From positions 34,489 to 98,488 of the IMG/VR virus record IMGVR_UViG_3300042988_001700: DNA of 64,000 nt. The stretch is one strand, 5' to 3'. This stretch comes from a virus. Of this stretch, positions 30,930-41,492 are shown piece by piece (position 1 is the first letter of the stretch; every line of letters starts with the position of its first letter). Both the position numbers and the translations under genes were made by a program. The notes under the pieces were generated by a model. It was given only the letters and a program-made list of their open reading frames with translations. It ran no database searches and was not told where the DNA came from.

Positions 30930-32490
30930 TTCCCCGTAGATTGAAATTCCCAAGAATTATCTTGGACAACCATATTGATCGACCCATAATACATGTTGAC
31001 ACCAAGATCTCCACACTTATCCTCAATCGTCTCTCGGATTGCGTTAGTTATCTGCTCGTCAATACCAACACTCCGAAAAGAAAACGATATCGTAATGTCG
31101 CCATTGTTTTCGGAAAACGCGAATGTAGGTTCTGCGGAAATCTTTACAACAGAATCACACAGCTTCAATATCGGAACAGTGACAGATATTTCGGTAGGAT
31201 AATCGGCAAGTTCTTTCCCGCCGACTTTGCTTGTAACCATGTAAACATAATTGCCCCGATCATCCTTCTGGCGATTGACTTCTGTTACCTTCTGAAGAGA
31301 CAAACTTCTTGCCATTGCAAGAATCTGCATGCTTCTCGAATCAATATACTTTCGCAAATTGATAAACTGGCTTTCAATCTGGCTCAGGCTAAAACTATTC
31401 GAACTAAACAGGTTTTGCACCAAATGCAATTGCTCTGTTTTTTCGATTCTGCATTCGGCCACAGGTACGCAATATCGACTAACGGCGACCTCGCGCAATG
31501 AAATGTGGTTGTCGCTATAAAATAACGAGAACCCATTGTTCCCCCTGAATTTTTCACAATAATCAACGAAAGACTCAAGAGAAGACGTTTTAAAAGTCGA
31601 ACTTGTATGATCCTGAAGCACGCGATACGAAGATCCGTTCAGAATCTCAACTTTTGCCGCACCATCCTTTGCAACAACAACAACTTTATTTTCCATTGCC
31701 ATCTCCCCCTTGAACTTTGAATTCGAATTCATCTTTGAACATGTCAAGCTGCAACATTCCTTCGACAACCGAAACTGAATCGCTTATGATCGTTCCTTGC
31801 GAATCAACTTCGACGGGAACCTTTATCGATTGCCGGGGAGGAGTAGCAATTTTGACGTTAAACATTACCTGGCCAAACCGGTCCTGGTCTCGGTTGGGTG
31901 GAGAAACAGTTATTGTCGCCGTAACCTTGCACTCTTTACCGCGATCAAAAGCCTGCTTCTGAGCATCTTCGAACGCCTCTTGCATCCACTGAGCGAACCG
32001 GCCACTTCCAATCTCGTAAAAAGCCAACTTCCTTTTTACCATGTTATTCTCCAATACTATCCGGCGCAACGCCGACAGTGTAGGTTTGTAGATCACCACA
32101 CGGCAAAACACTCGGAATAGTGTTTTCAGCATCAGAAAGAATACCATTCATAACAACATGCGCACGCTTTACCAGCACCCGGCGAGAAGCAGAAAGAGCA
32201 TCACGTATCAACGAAGAAACGGCTTCGGCTGTCTCGGAATCAAGCTTGTCAGTAACAAGAACATCCTTTACCTTCACCCCGAAACGGCCAAGGCTATTTA
32301 CGCTTGTGGTGATTTTAACATCACCAATTTCGTCGGCAGCGCGCACCAAAAGCTCTGCCATTTTAAGACGGTCGAAAAGAGACTCACCCATAAAACCTCC
32401 AATAAAATTTTTAACAGAACACACCACAAATTTATTTCTTCGTAAGAAGAAGATACAATCGCCTTGTTGCAACGATGTCAGACATAGCAT
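30926..32490 (-). CDS. three phage genes: 30926-~31702 (DUF2303/YfdQ-like), 31686-~32042, 32044-~32391
   Basis: SLESFVDY motif; gene pair resembles YfdP/YfdQ-type pairs. Confidence 0.5.
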
Positions 32491-32989
32491 CGTGCGCCTT
32501 TAGTTCAATACCGAAATGCTCGCACAAAGTAGATAGCTTATAATTCGGAAGGCGCAACCCATCAACAACCTTTTTGGCGATTTCGGATTGAACATCAATG
32601 CGAACATTAAAAAACATACTTCCGTAATACTTGTCTCCGCATTTTTGCCAAAACTTTCGAAGAAAAGAATCGTCGAACGCAATGTTTTTCCCGGCAAGAA
32701 CAAGCTTGTCCACCTTGTCAAACTTGTCGCAATACTTGCACAAGAACGCAAGCAATTTCCGGTAGGCATCTATCGGAGGCATGCGCGAAGGTATAGACGC
32801 ACGATCTATACCGTTAACCGCAAGAGCCTCATCGTTTATTTCGTCATCCGGGAAAGTGGCAAGCTCAAGATTAATAGTGTCGATAACAACGTCGTCGATC
32901 TCCATCAATCCGGAAATTTGAAGTATCCCGTTCTTCTCCGGGCTTGTACCAGAATCCTCAGTATCAACCCAAAAAATCTTTTTCTTCAT
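32432..32989 (-). CDS. DEDDh 3'-5' exonuclease (DnaQ-like)
   Basis: WVDTE, NIAFD, AHDAMSD. Confidence 0.9.
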   Translation of the reverse strand: MKKKIFWVDTEDSGTSPEKNGILQISGLMEIDDVVIDTINLELATFPDDEINDEALAVNGIDRASIPSRMPPIDAYRKLLAFLCKYCDKFDKVDKLVLAGKNIAFDDSFLRKFWQKCGDKYYGSMFFNVRIDVQSEIAKKVVDGLRLPNYKLSTLCEHFGIELKAHDAMSDIVATRRLYLLLTKK

Positions 32990-33267
32990 ACACTTTCCTT
33001 TTCAGCTGCGCGTATGATCGAATCGAGTATATCAAGTTTCTTTTCAGAAAGCCTCTTGATAACACGCGAAAGCCGTTTTACTTTTGACTCGTAAGATACC
33101 CGAACCTTTAGCACTGCAAAAATTCTATCCGACATAGCCTTACTTGGTGTTTTCGTTCCACTCTCAACAAAAGAAACGTATGCCTGGCTGACACCAAGAA
33201 TCTTTGACAGGGCAACCTGGCCAAGCCCTTTTTTCTTTCTCGCTAAAATCATTTGTATGTTTTTCAT
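32986..33267 (-). CDS. XRE-family HTH transcriptional regulator
   Basis: RKKKGLGQVALSKILGVSQAYVSFVESGTKTPS. Confidence 0.88.
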   Translation of the reverse strand: MKNIQMILARKKKGLGQVALSKILGVSQAYVSFVESGTKTPSKAMSDRIFAVLKVRVSYESKVKRLSRVIKRLSEKKLDILDSIIRAAEKESV

Positions 33268-33280
33268 GTGTTTAATATAA

Positions 33281-33835
33281 CTATTGCGCGTTATAGGCGC
33301 AAGCCATTTGTTTGGACTTGGTTAAAAATTTATCAAAATCAACCTTGAATTCATCGACGCTACTCCACGTCCGTATGCTATTGCCCATTCCCCACGCCTT
33401 TTGAGCATGGTTCAACCTATCCTTGCCAACCTTAATATCTCCCTGCAAGCAGGTATTAAAGCCTTCTCCTATTGGATACCACACTATCAAGTCAATAACT
33501 CCCTTGAAAGCATCCATTAGAATTTTCTTAAGATGTAATGCTTGGTTTATTCCCAACTGGCGCTCAAAGCAGAATGAAAGCTGGTTGGGCTTGAACGGAT
33601 CGCCTATAGCACACAACTGATATAGTTCGTTAGGTATGTGCATATACTTCAATCCGTGAGCCTCAACAAGGTCAATACATGCGTTAAGAACGTCATCATG
33701 CCTTGGTTGTATTGTTATCTTACCATCCTTATCGACGACAACCTTTGCGCGACGCCACCCTCCCGGCCTGGACTTTCTTCTTGTTGGTTTTGGAATGTGC
33801 CCCTTGAATTGGGGCACACCTTTATCATACGCCAT
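33281..33835 (-). CDS. VRR-NUC-like nuclease
   Basis: HIPNE...GVIDL...DIK...LNHAQKAW pattern. Confidence 0.55.
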   Translation of the reverse strand: MAYDKGVPQFKGHIPKPTRRKSRPGGWRRAKVVVDKDGKITIQPRHDDVLNACIDLVEAHGLKYMHIPNELYQLCAIGDPFKPNQLSFCFERQLGINQALHLKKILMDAFKGVIDLIVWYPIGEGFNTCLQGDIKVGKDRLNHAQKAWGMGNSIRTWSSVDEFKVDFDKFLTKSKQMACAYNAQ

Positions 33836-34266
33836 TAGAAGTTATACTCGTCTTCTGAAGGCATTGGGGGAGAAGGATCTGGCTGGTTCCGATCTCTTTG
33901 TGGTGGAGACGAATTATTTCTTCCGCCATTCCCTCCACCATCTTTCTTGTCCTGAAGGAACTCGAATTTTTCAACAACGATATCGGTTTGATTCCTCTTG
34001 TTACCGTCCCGGTCATCCCATTGCCGGTACGAAACGCGACCCATAACGCAAATTCTGTCTCCTTTCTTAACCCATTCACTGAATGTTTCAGCAGACTTTC
34101 CCCATATCTGCAAGTTATGCCAATCAGTTTTGTCTTGGCGATTACCGTCCTTTCCCTTGAACGATTCGGTTGTCGCCAAGGAAACTCCAACAACTGATGT
34201 CCCGGATGCCGTCGTCCGAAGCTCGGGATCTTTTCCAATTCTTCCGATCAATACAACGTGATTCAC
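33835..34266 (-). CDS. ssb: single-stranded DNA-binding protein
   Basis: MNHVVLIGRIGKDPELRTT...TDWH...W...acidic tail. Confidence 0.95.
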   Translation of the reverse strand: MNHVVLIGRIGKDPELRTTASGTSVVGVSLATTESFKGKDGNRQDKTDWHNLQIWGKSAETFSEWVKKGDRICVMGRVSYRQWDDRDGNKRNQTDIVVEKFEFLQDKKDGGGNGGRNNSSPPQRDRNQPDPSPPMPSEDEYNF

Positions 34267-34772
34267 TTTTTACCAACTTTCCTTTTGGTTGATTTTTTTG
34301 GTGGAAGAGATGTCATTTTGTTTTTTAACTGTCGTTTTTTATGAAATTCGTATTTTAAAGCATCGGAAATTCTTCTGGCATTGTCTTTTGAAATACTGTA
34401 TGCTATCATCCCAGAATCAATATCCCTCAGAGAATCTTCCTTTCTCTTTTCTTCTAACCGAATTCGCTCGATTATGAGTCCCTTTAAAAGAACAAGGTAA
34501 TTAATTTCGTCGCCGAACTTCTCGTCAAGCATAGCCATTGTGGGCAATATTCCGTTATCGATATCATCAATGATATCTTCGACGGAAACGCAATGCTTCT
34601 CCTTCATTCCGGCGAGTGCTCTTTCTGGAGAAATATTCCTGCGGCGGCCAGCAACTTTGAAATTGTGAAACCTTTCGCCATTGCGAACATATTCTCCAGT
34701 TTTCTTTTGTAGAGACGACTTCATCTTTTCGATGCAATCATCAACAATTAAATTAAAGTCTTCATTGTTCAA
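34263..34772 (-). CDS. hypothetical phage protein (possible nucleotide-modification-associated family)
   Basis: KTGEY...FHNF...DEINYLVLL. Confidence 0.5.
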   Translation of the reverse strand: MNNEDFNLIVDDCIEKMKSSLQKKTGEYVRNGERFHNFKVAGRRRNISPERALAGMKEKHCVSVEDIIDDIDNGILPTMAMLDEKFGDEINYLVLLKGLIIERIRLEEKRKEDSLRDIDSGMIAYSISKDNARRISDALKYEFHKKRQLKNKMTSLPPKKSTKRKVGKK

Positions 34773-37522
34773 ACAGAAACCTCCTTTAAAATACTTACGT
34801 TTAAAATTTCAGGGCATTGCCTGCGATATTTCTTGCAAATAACAAATCCAAGGGCAGCCTGCTTAGCCGTCAAACTAACTTTATCGGCCAATTCATGGCC
34901 TATAAAAACATCGACTTTGCTGAAACCCATTCCATTACGAATGTTTGCATGGTCGAAGTCAAAACCTTTTAACTTTAACAAGCAACCATGAATAATACCA
35001 ATGTCATTCTCGTCAATCTTTTTCGATATTTCTTCTATCTGGTCCCTCCGAACTCTTTTTGTGGCCGGAACACTGCTATCATCTTTCGGGTTCGACATAC
35101 TATCAACAACGTCGAAATCATGTTGATTTATGTCTGCAATAACATCATCGACACATTTTCCACCACCATCCAAAGCAGCACTTATAATATTCAACTTATC
35201 GACAACCGTTGTTGCAAGCTTCTGGTCCAGCGACCCATCCAAAGCTATGTAATAGACATTCGTGCTGTTACCGGTTGCCCCTATTCGGTTGCACCGAGCC
35301 TCAACCTGGCTCATATTGGCCGGAACCCAATCAAATTCGACGATAGCAACGTTAGAAGCTGCGGTTAGTGTTATTCCAACCCCGGCAGCGGTAATTGATC
35401 CTACGAAGACTCTGACCGACTTGTCGCGCTGGAAAGCGTCAACCGAAGCCTGTTTCTCTTCAATGTTATTCTTTCCCGTCAAAACAACTGGATTGTATTC
35501 AGACAACCCAGACATCAGCCCATCTATAACGTCATGGTGCCAAGCGAAAACAGCTATTTTATCAACACCAGAATCAAGCATATCTGAAATCGACTCTACA
35601 GCATAAGGAATTTTAAGCACAGCCGTATCATGACGCACCTTCGCCATAGAAGTAAAGGCGATCCTGTTTCCCTCTTTTAAATTGTCTATCGCCTTTAAAT
35701 ACTCTTCCTCTCCCTCAGATTTTGCCATTTCAGCAAGAACCTGCAACCTCTCAACACTCTCAATAGATTTTTTCTCTATTTCTTTTTCAATTTCTATCTG
35801 CTTTCGACACCCATCGGCAGGAATAACCATGATCGTTCGCCTAATTAAAGGAAGATCCTTCAAAACGTCGCACTTAAGCCTTCTTACCATACACGAAGAT
35901 CTAAGCTCCATCTGAAGCCTGTCAAGATTGCTGGCACCTTTAACTTCCCACCCGTACCTTGTTTGTTTTCCCTCGCAAAAGGTTTCCACGTATGAAACCC
36001 AATTCGGAAACGCTTTTGGCGCTATTCCGTGAACTAATGGCCATAACTCAATAGGGCGATTTGGTATAGGCGTACCGGTCAATGCAACTATGAATTTAGC
36101 GCCAATTGGTGGAACATAATCTTTATGTCCTTTTTTTTGTCTACCCCAAACAGAATATCCGCGTTGAGATTTTTTAGACTTTACCATTTGGCATTCATCA
36201 ATTATAAGAGAGTCTAATTCTCCAATAGCATCAATGCTTTCTCTCCAAGCATTAAGTATATTGTAATTAATTATTATCCACTTAAAATCATCAGAAAGGA
36301 TATTATTATGAACAAAGTTTGCATTTCTGAATCTCTCGCGAAGAACATATCTCAGGACATACAGATCGGAAAGACTACACTTAGAAAGGCTGGAGATAGC
36401 ATTGGAATCCATCACTCCACCCTTAAAAATCATCTTTGCAAGCTCAACCTTCCATGGCAACCACCCGCTATCATCGTCAAAAACGGATTTTCCTTTTGGA
36501 GATCGAGAGTAGATATTCCCACCATCATTGCATCCGTCGAAAGAATCAAGCAAGGGGAGTCCTACACAACCGTTTGCGCCTCTATTGGAATACATATTTG
36601 TGAACTCAGAAGACTTAGTAAGAGGCTTGGAATTTGTGTTAACAAGCAGCGGCCCGATAGCCCGTTTACTGTCCCCCAAAGACCCATCGACCTCTCCTAT
36701 CTTGCGGGAATCATCGACGGAGAAGGATGTGTTAGTCCTCCCAGAAAAAGTCATACAACATGGTCTATTTGTGTTTATAACACCTATAAGCCCGTTATTG
36801 ATTGGTGTTGCTCTTTCGGAGGGTTCTCCTACGAAAGGAAACCCCGTGGCTTCGGAAATCTGACTCAATATGGATGGCATATTAATAGGAAAACCGATGT
36901 TATCGCATGCCTCTCCGCCATTACTCCTTATATGAAAATCAAGAGATTTAAGGCAATTCAAGCCCTCTCTTTCCTCCTTGATAAGCCCATTAGTTTTATT
37001 GAGATTAACTATCCTCCCGCGTGATACATCCCATTTTGAAATTTCTCTTGTCCAATTTACACGCAAACTGGCAGGGCACACAACAAGAACTTTTTTGAAA
37101 GAATCAATTGCGTTTATAACTCCAATAGCCTGAATAGTTTTGCCTAAACCTATTTAGCCCATCTCGTCGCCGAACAAAACGCCGGAACAAGATGGAATTA
37201 GCCCTCCTTTCGAGTAAATGTTTACAGCATAATTTATTCCAGCCACTTGATACGGAAGATACGACAAACCTTCAGGGCATGGAATTTTAGCGCTCGACTC
37301 TGACGCCATAGAATCTTCAATTGCCTTCTTTTTATCAGCTATTATTTTGTTAATAGCTCCAGTAGCCTTTTCGTCAGCGCTTCCCATTAATTTTACTGCC
37401 ACATTAACATTGTCGGTCCACCACTTTATAATGGGGTCAAAATTCATTCCGGCAGCTTTTGGAATGTTTCTGGATTCGTATCCACCACACCACACAAAAA
37501 TATTATTTGAATAAGTCAACAT
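34769..37522 (-). CDS. SNF2/SF2 helicase, interrupted by a 9-nt stop insertion (~37151-37159) and an antisense HEG (~36302-36988)
   Basis: LPYQ...DEMG*IGLGKT, VVCPASL, DECQ, LTGTP, RRLK, GVGITL, QVEARCNRIG all in one frame. Confidence 0.85.
36308..37024 (+). mobile_element. single-motif LAGLIDADG homing endonuclease with N-terminal HTH-like region, antisense inside the helicase
   Basis: DLSYLAGIIDGEGCV...ICVYNT...WHI...LSAITPYMKIK; AAAGGA RBS. Confidence 0.85.
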
Positions 37523-37561
37523 GGTCTAAATATAACTAATTGGGGTTATCGTGTCAATACC

Positions 37562-38896
37562 TTAGAAATTTTTTCCGTCAACGTCAGAAACTTCGTCAAA
37601 TCTGCCGTATTCTCCGACGAACATAAACTTTGAATTGACGGTTCCAGTTTCTCCATCACGCTGCTTTCCGACAATTATTTCGGCGACACCCTTTGGAGCG
37701 TCTTTTTTATACTTGTCTTCTCTAAACGGGAAAATAACAATATCGGCATCCTGCTCTATTTCGCCAGACCCCCTAAGATCCGCCAGTGTTGGTCTGTTAT
37801 CTCCGCGCTGTTCGACAAGCCTGGATAGTTGAGAAAGAGCTATTACTGGAACGTCAAGCTCCTTTGCAAGCGCCTTAAGCCCACGGGATATTGCGCCTAT
37901 GGCAAGGTTGTTGTTTTCGTACTTTCCTTCGTGCGGCATAAGCTGAAGGTAGTCAACAACGATCAGTTTTAGATTATTGTTTTTTTTCATTCTGCGGCAC
38001 TTTGCTTTTATCACAGAAAGAGTATTTGAGCTATCGTCGTCAAGGAAAAGAGGGTACTTGTCAAGGTTTGAACACATATCGTTTATCTTACGCCACTCTT
38101 CTGTTCCCAAGTCTCCTGTTCGCATCTTATAAATACTTATGCTTAGTGCTATAGCAATCAATCTACGCATAAGTTGTTTGTTTGACATTTCATAAGAAAA
38201 AACAGCGCAATAAGCACCTTGGACAGTCATTGCACTATAAATCATACATAGCGCAAGTGCTGTCTTTCCCATAGATGGACGACCAGCAATAATTATAAGG
38301 TTTCCACCTTCCATTCCACCGATCATCATATCAAGTCCTACATACCCCGTTGTTAGGCCAACAATTTGACCCCGCATTCGTTTGTCTAAGTCGTCAGTAG
38401 TTTCAGCCATAACTTCACGTATCGTTTTCTCTTCTCCCGAAAACCGAGATAACGATACTTCAGATATTTCCTTTTCTGCCGAATCTATTATTTCAGAGCA
38501 ATCGGCATCAGGATCAAACGATCTATTTGCTATTCCAGTAGAAACAGATATCATCTTACGAAGCATCATCTTATCTTTTAATATCTTTATATGACTATCA
38601 ATCGAATTAAAAGACTGAACATCGTATGCAATATCGCTCAGATAGCATTCTCCGCCAACGCTCTCAAGCTCTCCAATCGACCTCAATTTTTCAGATACGG
38701 TAAGAACGTCAACGGCAACACCCTTAGAAAACATTTCTACGATTGCACTAAAAATTGTTTTGTTTGCAGAAGAATAAAAATAATCTTCATTTATAAAACC
38801 AACATTGTCTGCTATTATCGAAATGTTTGTCATCATAGAAGCGATAACTGATTTTTCGATATCTATTGCACTTGGAGGAACTCTTAAGTGTTCCAT
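37562..38896 (-). CDS. dnaB: replicative DNA helicase
   Basis: PPSAIDIEKSV, AGRPSMGKT, VVDYLQL, LSQLSR, DLRGSGEIEQDAD, KQRDG. Confidence 0.96.
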   Translation of the reverse strand: MEHLRVPPSAIDIEKSVIASMMTNISIIADNVGFINEDYFYSSANKTIFSAIVEMFSKGVAVDVLTVSEKLRSIGELESVGGECYLSDIAYDVQSFNSIDSHIKILKDKMMLRKMISVSTGIANRSFDPDADCSEIIDSAEKEISEVSLSRFSGEEKTIREVMAETTDDLDKRMRGQIVGLTTGYVGLDMMIGGMEGGNLIIIAGRPSMGKTALALCMIYSAMTVQGAYCAVFSYEMSNKQLMRRLIAIALSISIYKMRTGDLGTEEWRKINDMCSNLDKYPLFLDDDSSNTLSVIKAKCRRMKKNNNLKLIVVDYLQLMPHEGKYENNNLAIGAISRGLKALAKELDVPVIALSQLSRLVEQRGDNRPTLADLRGSGEIEQDADIVIFPFREDKYKKDAPKGVAEIIVGKQRDGETGTVNSKFMFVGEYGRFDEVSDVDGKNF

Positions 38897-38897
38897 A

Positions 38898-39890
38898 TTA
38901 ATACTTTCCCCCCGTAAGTTTTCCTTTTTCGTGTATTGCTTTTCTTAACTTTGCCATATAATTATTAGCATGTTCAACCCTGGCAGCCTCTCTATCGGCG
39001 AGTTCCTGCTCGCTTAGTTGTTTAATTATTAGATGGCCATCAGAGTCAAACATATCTTCAGGTATAGGTTGTTTTACTGGAATTTCTCTCTTAGGCGCTT
39101 TCTGGTGGTAATCAGGCTCTATCATAAGCTCTTTTGACGCATACGTGATTGGTTTATAAGTATTCTTGCGCTCTTCGAAGATCCCCTGATACCCAGAAGC
39201 AACAGAATATTCTATTGCATCCAAAGCACGTTTTTCAGTGTCGCACATTCTTTTAAGCTTGTTTAATGCGCTTTGCTCTGAATCGAAGCACTTAAACTTA
39301 AACCTGTGCTGTTCTTTTTTATATTTCTTCCACCTATCCCACGCAGCTACGAATGTTTCAGTATTCCATGGCAAAGAAATAATTTTATTTTCAAGGTTTC
39401 CCCTTGCATCCCCTTCCAATACAAATGCAGAAGCAGAAGCAGAAGCAGAGGAGTTCGAACATGTTCGAACGTGTTCGGTATTGTTCGAACATGTTCGTTC
39501 TTGTTCGGAATTATCAATAGACGATTCGTTTTTTTTAGAAGAAGATTCTCGTTTTTTTCTCATTCTAATGGCATCAGGTGTATCGGAGTGTGATTTTTCC
39601 CTATATTTTTGGTAGTTAATTATTTCATACCCACCATCTATGCGCCTTATTCGTCTTCCCTCGTCGTTTAGAGACTTACTGTATTCGTCTGGCGATTCAA
39701 GCACCTTTAAAGCTTCAACAGCTTGCTCAACACTTATAAAGCAGCATCCAGCAATACCGGGAGCGGTTGTTCTTGCTATTCCATCACTCTTGCATTTTGC
39801 TAACAGGGCAATCCATACCTTAAAAGCAACTGGATTGACCCACATAATAGAGCTATCTAAAATGCCCTCGTCAAGTTTCGTAAATCCCAT
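38898..39890 (-). CDS. phage replication initiator (O-like)
   Basis: N-terminal FTKLD...SSIM...IINYQKYR domain, iteron-coding linker, position upstream of dnaB. Confidence 0.75.
   Translation of the reverse strand: MGFTKLDEGILDSSIMWVNPVAFKVWIALLAKCKSDGIARTTAPGIAGCCFISVEQAVEALKVLESPDEYSKSLNDEGRRIRRIDGGYEIINYQKYREKSHSDTPDAIRMRKKRESSSKKNESSIDNSEQERTCSNNTEHVRTCSNSSASASASAFVLEGDARGNLENKIISLPWNTETFVAAWDRWKKYKKEQHRFKFKCFDSEQSALNKLKRMCDTEKRALDAIEYSVASGYQGIFEERKNTYKPITYASKELMIEPDYHQKAPKREIPVKQPIPEDMFDSDGHLIIKQLSEQELADREAARVEHANNYMAKLRKAIHEKGKLTGGKY
39427..39511. repeat. putative replication origin iterons
   Basis: six (T)GTTCG units at exact 10-bp period (39452-39511; consensus palindrome TGTTCGAACA), about 4 GCAGAA units, adjacent T-rich tract. 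Confidence 0.7.
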
Positions 39891-40703
39891 AAGGTGTCCC
39901 CCAAAATAAAAAAAACCCTTAGATACTTAGTATGGGTGGTTAGTCCATTCAACCGGCTTGGGTCCGGTTTTACTAAGTATCTAAAGGCTTTCAAATTTTA
40001 ATGTTCCCAAGACACAAAAGATGGTTAACCAATCCATCTATATTCAAACAATATACTATCCGTTAAAATAAAAGTCAAACTTGTTGTTTTCCAACATTAT
40101 TAAAAACACCAGACACAACAACCTTTTCATAGTCTTCAAATTCACTTTTTTTTGGTGGATTTTTTAGAATATGCCACTCAATTAGTATTCTTCCCCACGC
40201 CGAAATTGTTTCAGCATCACCTTTTTTTGATACATGTTCGCACATCCTTGAAATGTCCAAGTCAATTTTTTCTGACATCTCCGGTCCTTTCTTTTATGTC
40301 TGCCTTGTTTAAGAATGAATGATATTCGAAATACATCTTTGCTGCTTTAATCCAATCCTCGGATGGCATTTCAACCTCTACGCCATCAAACTTTATTTTG
40401 ACTCTTTTGTTTTGCATTTATTTTCCATTTCTCGCTTAGCTGAGACCATAGCCAGTAGCTTTTCTCTCTCCGGGTGGTGTTCATCTACCATTGCCCACAA
40501 TTCAAGCTCCTGAAGGCTCCTACGCTCGTTGTTTTTAAGAGGATTTAATCTCCAAACTTCATCAGACATATTTTGTTGTTTATTAATTAAAAAAATGCTC
40601 TATAAACTGAGCTACCCTTGCCCTGCCGAAGCACTCTTGCAGATTCGACCGTTACCGGTAGGCAACCATTTTTTCAGCGCTGCTAGCTCAGTTTACGGAG
40701 CAC

Positions 40704-41057
40704 TCAATATTTCCTTCCACAATTAGGGCAAAAAGCAAAATTGGGATTGGGTTTCTGTTCATCACATTCAACGCACTTGTCTTTAATTTTTACTTTCCCG
40801 GCTCCATGACATGTTCCGCAAACATGTTCACCTCCAACGTCGCCTCCAAACGAAGCACCAGTACCAAGACATGGATTACAATAAGTATATTCGGATTCTA
40901 TTTTGAAAATACAATTACGAAACTCGTTTTCGTTAAGCAGTTCTACAATCTCTACAACAACGCTATTGTCATCATTGTTTCCAATGAACTCTATATTTAG
41001 ACAATGGCGGAATTTGTTGGGCATTGTTTTATGCGCAGCTAAAATTTTGTTTTTCAT
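40704..41057 (-). CDS. zinc-finger protein (DnaJ-like CxxCxGxG repeats and zinc ribbon)
   Basis: CNPCLGTG, CGTCHGAG, CVEC, CPNCG. Confidence 0.6.
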   Translation of the reverse strand: MKNKILAAHKTMPNKFRHCLNIEFIGNNDDNSVVVEIVELLNENEFRNCIFKIESEYTYCNPCLGTGASFGGDVGGEHVCGTCHGAGKVKIKDKCVECDEQKPNPNFAFCPNCGRKY

Positions 41058-41488
41058 TTATCATCACACTCATTTGGTAATGGTATATAAATATTTAACT
41101 CCATAGCCCATCGACGTATATTTTCCATGCGTTCTTCCCACTGGACCGTTGTCCAATTACCCTCAGAAGTAGACCGAATGTATTCTTTCCCATCAGGAAG
41201 AAAATCGTTCCATAGCCCGGCGCTTTGCAGTACACCGTGCGTTTCCTCGACCGTATACCCGGTATGTTCTGCTATCAAAGGAATAACTACTCCGCGATAA
41301 TATCTTTGCTGCCTGCTGCTACTTGGCTTTTTAACAGTTCTGACTACAACTTCAACTTTCTTTCCCGATTTAATCAAAAAATCGATATACTCAAGCCATT
41401 TAAAATAGTCCCACCTCACCTTTTCATCTACTGTTATTTTGTAAGATGTTACCGAACTTACAGGAAAGGCAGGAACTATTTTTTTCAT
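41054..41488 (-). CDS. NinB/Orf-like recombination protein
   Basis: SSRQQRYYRGVV...TGY...H...STS. Confidence 0.6.
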   Translation of the reverse strand: MKKIVPAFPVSSVTSYKITVDEKVRWDYFKWLEYIDFLIKSGKKVEVVVRTVKKPSSSRQQRYYRGVVIPLIAEHTGYTVEETHGVLQSAGLWNDFLPDGKEYIRSTSEGNWTTVQWEERMENIRRWAMELNIYIPLPNECDDK

Positions 41489-41492
41489 GATA

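Noticed and set aside
36305-36955. The helicase-frame translation of the insert has CLKSLD near its start and FVHN at its end, like an intein
   Set aside because: No block-B TxxH, the +1 residue is Asn, and VHN is simply the antisense of the HEG start (ATT ATG AAC).
37154-37156. Stop-codon reassignment as the explanation for the helicase stop
   Set aside because: TAA ends many genes here, and readthrough would leave three extra residues in motif I.
37562-38896. Possible intein in DnaB, a common insertion target
   Set aside because: 444 aa with contiguous motifs; no insertion.
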